A stretch of 37,342 nt of DNA from a virus (taxonomy: Duplodnaviria > Caudoviricetes). The translations under genes and the position numbers were made by a program. The DNA is taken from positions 1-37,342 of the IMG/VR virus record IMGVR_UViG_3300006037_000017; one strand, written 5' to 3'. This document shows positions 33,465 through 37,342 of this stretch, in pieces (position 1 is the first letter of the stretch; each line of letters starts with the position of its first letter). A model generated the notes under the pieces. It did no database searches and had not been told where the DNA came from. It was given only the letters and a program-made list of their open reading frames with translations.

Positions 33465-36400
33465 CCGGCATCCCCGTCCTTGCCGCCACCTCCATCGACC
33501 CCGGTTGCGCTCGCATTGAGATTACGCTGCCTGAGGGCCTGACGATTGAGCAGATTGTCAGGGCCACGTTGCCCGGTCTCACCGACGCGAACATGGATCG
33601 ATGCCGCGTCGCACTGGTGACACCGCGCGGCACCGCGATGATCTTGCGGGCAGACTGGCACCGGGTGCGTCCAAACCCCGGCGTGCGGGTGGTCATCCGT
33701 CTGATCCCCGGCGAAGGAGGGCTTAAGAGCATCCTGTCGATTGTGGTTTCCATCGCCGCCGTCGCGCTTGGCACGATGTTTGGGGCCCCCTTTGCGGCGA
33801 TGCTCGGCATCACCGGCGCGAACGCCGCAGCGATTGGCGGCGCTTTGATCAGCGTCGGCGTCAATCTCCTAGGCAACATGTTGATCAATGCGCTGATCCC
33901 GCCGGTAAAAGAGGAAAAGCGCCCGAACTACCAGATCAGCGGCTGGCGCAATCGCATGGACCCGGACGGGGCTGTGCCGGTGGTGCTGGGTGAGCTTCGC
34001 TATGCGCCGCCCTTCGCCGCCCGGTCTTGGACTGAGATCATTGGCGATTGGCAGTATGTCCATGCCTATTTCAACTTCGGGGAAGGGCAGCTCGAGCTGT
34101 CAGAATTCCGTATCGGTGAGACCGCGATCACCGAATATGACGAGGTCGAAAGCGAGATCCGGCTTGGTCTCACCAGTGACGATCCGATCACGCAATATCT
34201 CTATCAGATCCTTGAAGAGAGCATTGGCGTCGAAGTCACGCGCCCGCTGATCCGCGACGATCTGGGCGAACCAGTCGATGGTGATCCTACCGAAGAAAAA
34301 CCTGTGGTCCGCACCACCGGCGCTGATGCCAGCCAAGCCTCCATTATTCTGGCGTGGCCCGCTGGACTGGTCAAAATTAACGACAAGGGCAAGCGGCGCA
34401 CCCGGAGCGTCAGTATTCGCATCCGGCAACGGCTTGTCCAAGACGAGGATTGGCTCGATGTCACCACGCTGACGATCAGCGCCAAGAAGGCCGAAGGTTT
34501 CTACCGCCAGCACACTTGGGCGCTGCCCAGCCGGGGCCGTTGGCAGATCGAGCTGACCATGCTGACAGATGAGACCGATAGCACCTCGGTTCAGCAACGC
34601 ACGGTGTGGGCAGCACTGCAAACCATCCGGCCAGAGAAGCCGATCAACTATCCGCACCCCTTGGCGCTGGTGGCGTTGCGGGTCAAAGCCACGCATCAGC
34701 TCAATGGTGCGCTCGACAATTTCAGCGCACTGGTGAAGCGGGTTTGCCTCGATTGGGACCATGTCACCAGCGCTTGGGTGATGCGCGCCACCTCGAACCC
34801 GGCGAGCCTGCTGCGCTTTGTGCTGCAGTGCCCCGCCAACCCGAAAATCCCGGCCGACGCAGAGATCGATCTCGAGTTGCTGGCCGAGTGGCATGATTTC
34901 TGCCGCCTGCGCGGTCTGCATTACAACCGGGTGCTGGAGCAAGCGGGCAGCACCCTGCGCGATATCCTGACGGAGGTGGCAGCAGCCGGTCGCGCCACAC
35001 CACGCCATGACGGTTTGCGCTGGGGCGTCGTCATCGACCGCCCGGCCGAGCTGATCGTCGATCACATCAGTCCGCGCAACAGCTGGAACTTCAGTTGCCG
35101 CCGCACCTATGCCGAAAAGCCGCATGCCTTCGTCGTCAAATTCGCGGACGAGAGCAACGATTTCAAAGAGGCGCAGCGCATCATCCGCCGCCCCGGTTAC
35201 GGCGGCGATATCACCCTGTTGGAGACGCTCGATCTGCCCGGCCTGACCAATGCCGAGATTGTATACCGCGAAGCATTGCGGCGGTTCTTTGAGGCCGAAT
35301 ATCGCCCGGATGTGTTCGAGATAACGCAGGAGAGCGCGATCCGCGCCGCCACGCGCGGCGATACGCTGGCGATGAGCCATGACGTGCTCACCAGCACCCA
35401 ATGGGCAGGCCGGGTGCGCGGCGTTGTGGGCAATCTCGTCGAACTGGACGAGACGGTGACGATGGTCGAAGGCCAAACCTACGGCCTGCGCTTTCGCGTC
35501 GGCTTGACCGAAGAAGACACCATCGGACAGAGCCTCGTGCGCACCGTCGCCACGGCGGCCGGGGAAACCAACACGCTTATGCTGACCGGCACCGGCGCTG
35601 TGCCGGATTTCGGTGACATCGTGCATTTCGGCCCGGCCGCGTCAGAAAGCGCGATGGTGATCGTCACCGGCGTCGAGACGACGCAGGATCAGTGCTCGAT
35701 CATCCGCGCCGTCGCCGCCGCCCCGGAAATCGACACGCTGACCGCCGAGGCGGTAGTGCCAGAATGGTCAAGCCGCGTCGGTAGTGATCTGGACCCGTCA
35801 GCTTTGGCACCGGCAACGCCGTCTTTCGCCTCCATCGTATCTGGTGTGGACGGCACCGATGACCCTGACCTGATCATCCTACGGTTCGCGGCGGGGGAAG
35901 GGACGATCTCGCCCGCCAGCTATCAACTCGACCATCGCCTGTCGGGCGCGGGCAGTTGGACCACGGTCACGATCTCGGCCGCAGAGGGCGGCGCTGAGAT
36001 TGCCAGCTATGTTCACAGTGACCTTGTGCAATTCCGCCTGCGGGCGGTATCGGCGGCGGGCGTGCAGAGCGGCAATTCCACGACGGTCACCATCACGGTC
36101 GGCGGTAGTGATTTGCCGCTGCCCGGATCGCTCGGCACCGGCATCACGGTCGAGACCCTGCTCGGCGGCGCGCGCCTGACCGTCATCACGCCGGTGGACG
36201 CCAATCTGGCGCAGGTTCAGATCTACCATTCGCTGAGCGGCACCTTGAACCGGGCGACCGATGCTTACGGGTCTGCCTATGCCGCAGAGGGGGCGCGCAG
36301 CTATCTGTTGCCGGTGGGCGATCAGACCCGCGTCAACAAATTCGCCAATCCGGCATTTTCTGACGCCTCCGCTTGGACGATCCCGACGGACGTCTCCATC

Positions 36401-36796
36401 GCTTCGGGCGTGGCCACCAAGGTCGCAGGTGCTTCGAACCGGCATTTGACGCAAGCCCCGGCACTGACGGCCGGAGATACGCTGCGTGTGGCCTTCGGCC
36501 TCACGGCGTGGACGGCTGGCAATGTGCGGATGCGCTGCCTTGGCACCACGACAGCAGACGCGATTGTCTCCTCGGTGGATGGCAACTATCGCGGCAGCTT
36601 GGTCGTCCCCAGCACGCCCGGCGCAATCGGCCCGCTGTTTAACGCCACCTCGGCAGGCTCGATCGACAATGTCATCGCTTATATCGCCACCCCGGCCTGT
36701 CTGCCGCAAGGCCTGCAGTACCTCTGGCTTGAACCCCAAAACAGCGATGGCGCACCCGGCCCGGTGGCTGGCCCCTTCGCAATCACAATCGACTAG
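33461..36796 (+). CDS. Central tail tip / host specificity protein J-like, with N-terminal I-like region
   Basis: VPVVLG, TSNPA, FN3-like and carbohydrate-binding-like C-terminus (NPAFSDASAW); 1111 aa. Confidence 0.85.
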   Translation: MTGIPVLAATSIDPGCARIEITLPEGLTIEQIVRATLPGLTDANMDRCRVALVTPRGTAMILRADWHRVRPNPGVRVVIRLIPGEGGLKSILSIVVSIAAVALGTMFGAPFAAMLGITGANAAAIGGALISVGVNLLGNMLINALIPPVKEEKRPNYQISGWRNRMDPDGAVPVVLGELRYAPPFAARSWTEIIGDWQYVHAYFNFGEGQLELSEFRIGETAITEYDEVESEIRLGLTSDDPITQYLYQILEESIGVEVTRPLIRDDLGEPVDGDPTEEKPVVRTTGADASQASIILAWPAGLVKINDKGKRRTRSVSIRIRQRLVQDEDWLDVTTLTISAKKAEGFYRQHTWALPSRGRWQIELTMLTDETDSTSVQQRTVWAALQTIRPEKPINYPHPLALVALRVKATHQLNGALDNFSALVKRVCLDWDHVTSAWVMRATSNPASLLRFVLQCPANPKIPADAEIDLELLAEWHDFCRLRGLHYNRVLEQAGSTLRDILTEVAAAGRATPRHDGLRWGVVIDRPAELIVDHISPRNSWNFSCRRTYAEKPHAFVVKFADESNDFKEAQRIIRRPGYGGDITLLETLDLPGLTNAEIVYREALRRFFEAEYRPDVFEITQESAIRAATRGDTLAMSHDVLTSTQWAGRVRGVVGNLVELDETVTMVEGQTYGLRFRVGLTEEDTIGQSLVRTVATAAGETNTLMLTGTGAVPDFGDIVHFGPAASESAMVIVTGVETTQDQCSIIRAVAAAPEIDTLTAEAVVPEWSSRVGSDLDPSALAPATPSFASIVSGVDGTDDPDLIILRFAAGEGTISPASYQLDHRLSGAGSWTTVTISAAEGGAEIASYVHSDLVQFRLRAVSAAGVQSGNSTTVTITVGGSDLPLPGSLGTGITVETLLGGARLTVITPVDANLAQVQIYHSLSGTLNRATDAYGSAYAAEGARSYLLPVGDQTRVNKFANPAFSDASAWTIPTDVSIASGVATKVAGASNRHLTQAPALTAGDTLRVAFGLTAWTAGNVRMRCLGTTTADAIVSSVDGNYRGSLVVPSTPGAIGPLFNATSAGSIDNVIAYIATPACLPQGLQYLWLEPQNSDGAPGPVAGPFAITID

Positions 36797-36805
36797 GAGA
36801 GCATC

Positions 36806-37342
36806 ATGGACGCTGGCTTAACAACTGACCAACTGGACCCGGCCACCGTCGTGGACAGCATTCTGGCCAATCGCAACGGCTCGACGGTGCAGATCGATCT
36901 GATCCGGTTTCTGGCCCTGCTCGCCGCGATGTTGGGGCCAAGCTATGCCACGCGGGCCGAACTCTATGCCGATCTGAACTGGCCAGCCGGTGCGCCCGGC
37001 TATGTGCGCGGCGATGCGACGACCGCCTATAACGGCGTCTACAAGAAAGCCGGGGCTTTCGGGGAAGGCAGCTGGGGACGGATTGGCGATTTGCCGTCGG
37101 GGGCCGTCGAGGCGGCACAGCTTGCGGAGCTTGAAGACGCCGTCGCGCTGCGGGCTCTGTCGGCCAGCCCCGAGCTGACCGGCACGCCCACGGCTCCGAC
37201 CGCAGCCCCCGGCACCAACACGACCCAGATCGCCACCACGGCGTTCATCAAGGCGGCGTTGGACGCCTTGGTCGCAGCAGCGCCGGGGACGCTCGACACG
37301 CTGAATGAGCTGGCAACGGCTCTGGGCGGGGACGCCAACTTT
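36806..37342 (+). CDS. Tail fibre protein, truncated by the window end
   Basis: SD AGGAG, ATG 36806, open to the end; SPELTGTPTAPTAAPGTNTTQIATTAF...APGTLDTLNELATALGGDANF is a P2 H-like fibre motif. Missing from the ORF track. Confidence 0.85.
   Translation, partial: MDAGLTTDQLDPATVVDSILANRNGSTVQIDLIRFLALLAAMLGPSYATRAELYADLNWPAGAPGYVRGDATTAYNGVYKKAGAFGEGSWGRIGDLPSGAVEAAQLAELEDAVALRALSASPELTGTPTAPTAAPGTNTTQIATTAFIKAALDALVAAAPGTLDTLNELATALGGDANF

Larger units (their letters stand above)
31..37342 (+). mobile_element. Mu-like transposable prophage with siphovirus-type tail; right end lies beyond the window
   Basis: Gene order is repressor/ner, transposase A, ATPase B, gemA, mor, lysis, terminase, portal, F, G, I, capsid, gp36, tail. 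No integrase and no sheath gene. Left boundary inferred from TG at 31. Confidence 0.95.

Overview
The window holds most of a Mu-like (transposable) prophage with a non-contractile siphovirus-type tail. GC is high and there is a GAAC-N7-GAAC SOS box, which points to an alphaproteobacterial host (probably Rhodobacteraceae-like). A probable left terminus (TG at 31) and a repeat-rich end region are followed by a leftward block: DNA adenine methyltransferase, lipoprotein, and a CI/S24-type repressor. The rightward early operon carries ner, a ParB-like gene, DDE transposase A, ATPase B, DUF3164, an HD protein, HU, gemA and a Mor/C activator. Lysis, terminase, portal, MuF, G, protease/scaffold, capsid, neck and tail genes follow, and the window ends inside a tail-fibre gene before the right end. 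The main non-ORF signals are: a complete type II hammerhead ribozyme between HU and the next early gene; an A9 slip site that appears to fuse portal to a MuF-PBECR2 nuclease, with recurring F-A-x motifs that may be head-protease sites; a LexA box directly upstream of the methyltransferase; operator repeats over the early promoter; twin late-promoter palindromes; a palindrome inside the parB-like gene; a candidate strong gyrase site; and an antisense moron spanned by stop/start-coupled ORFs. Family assignments come from motif recognition and gene order, not database searches.
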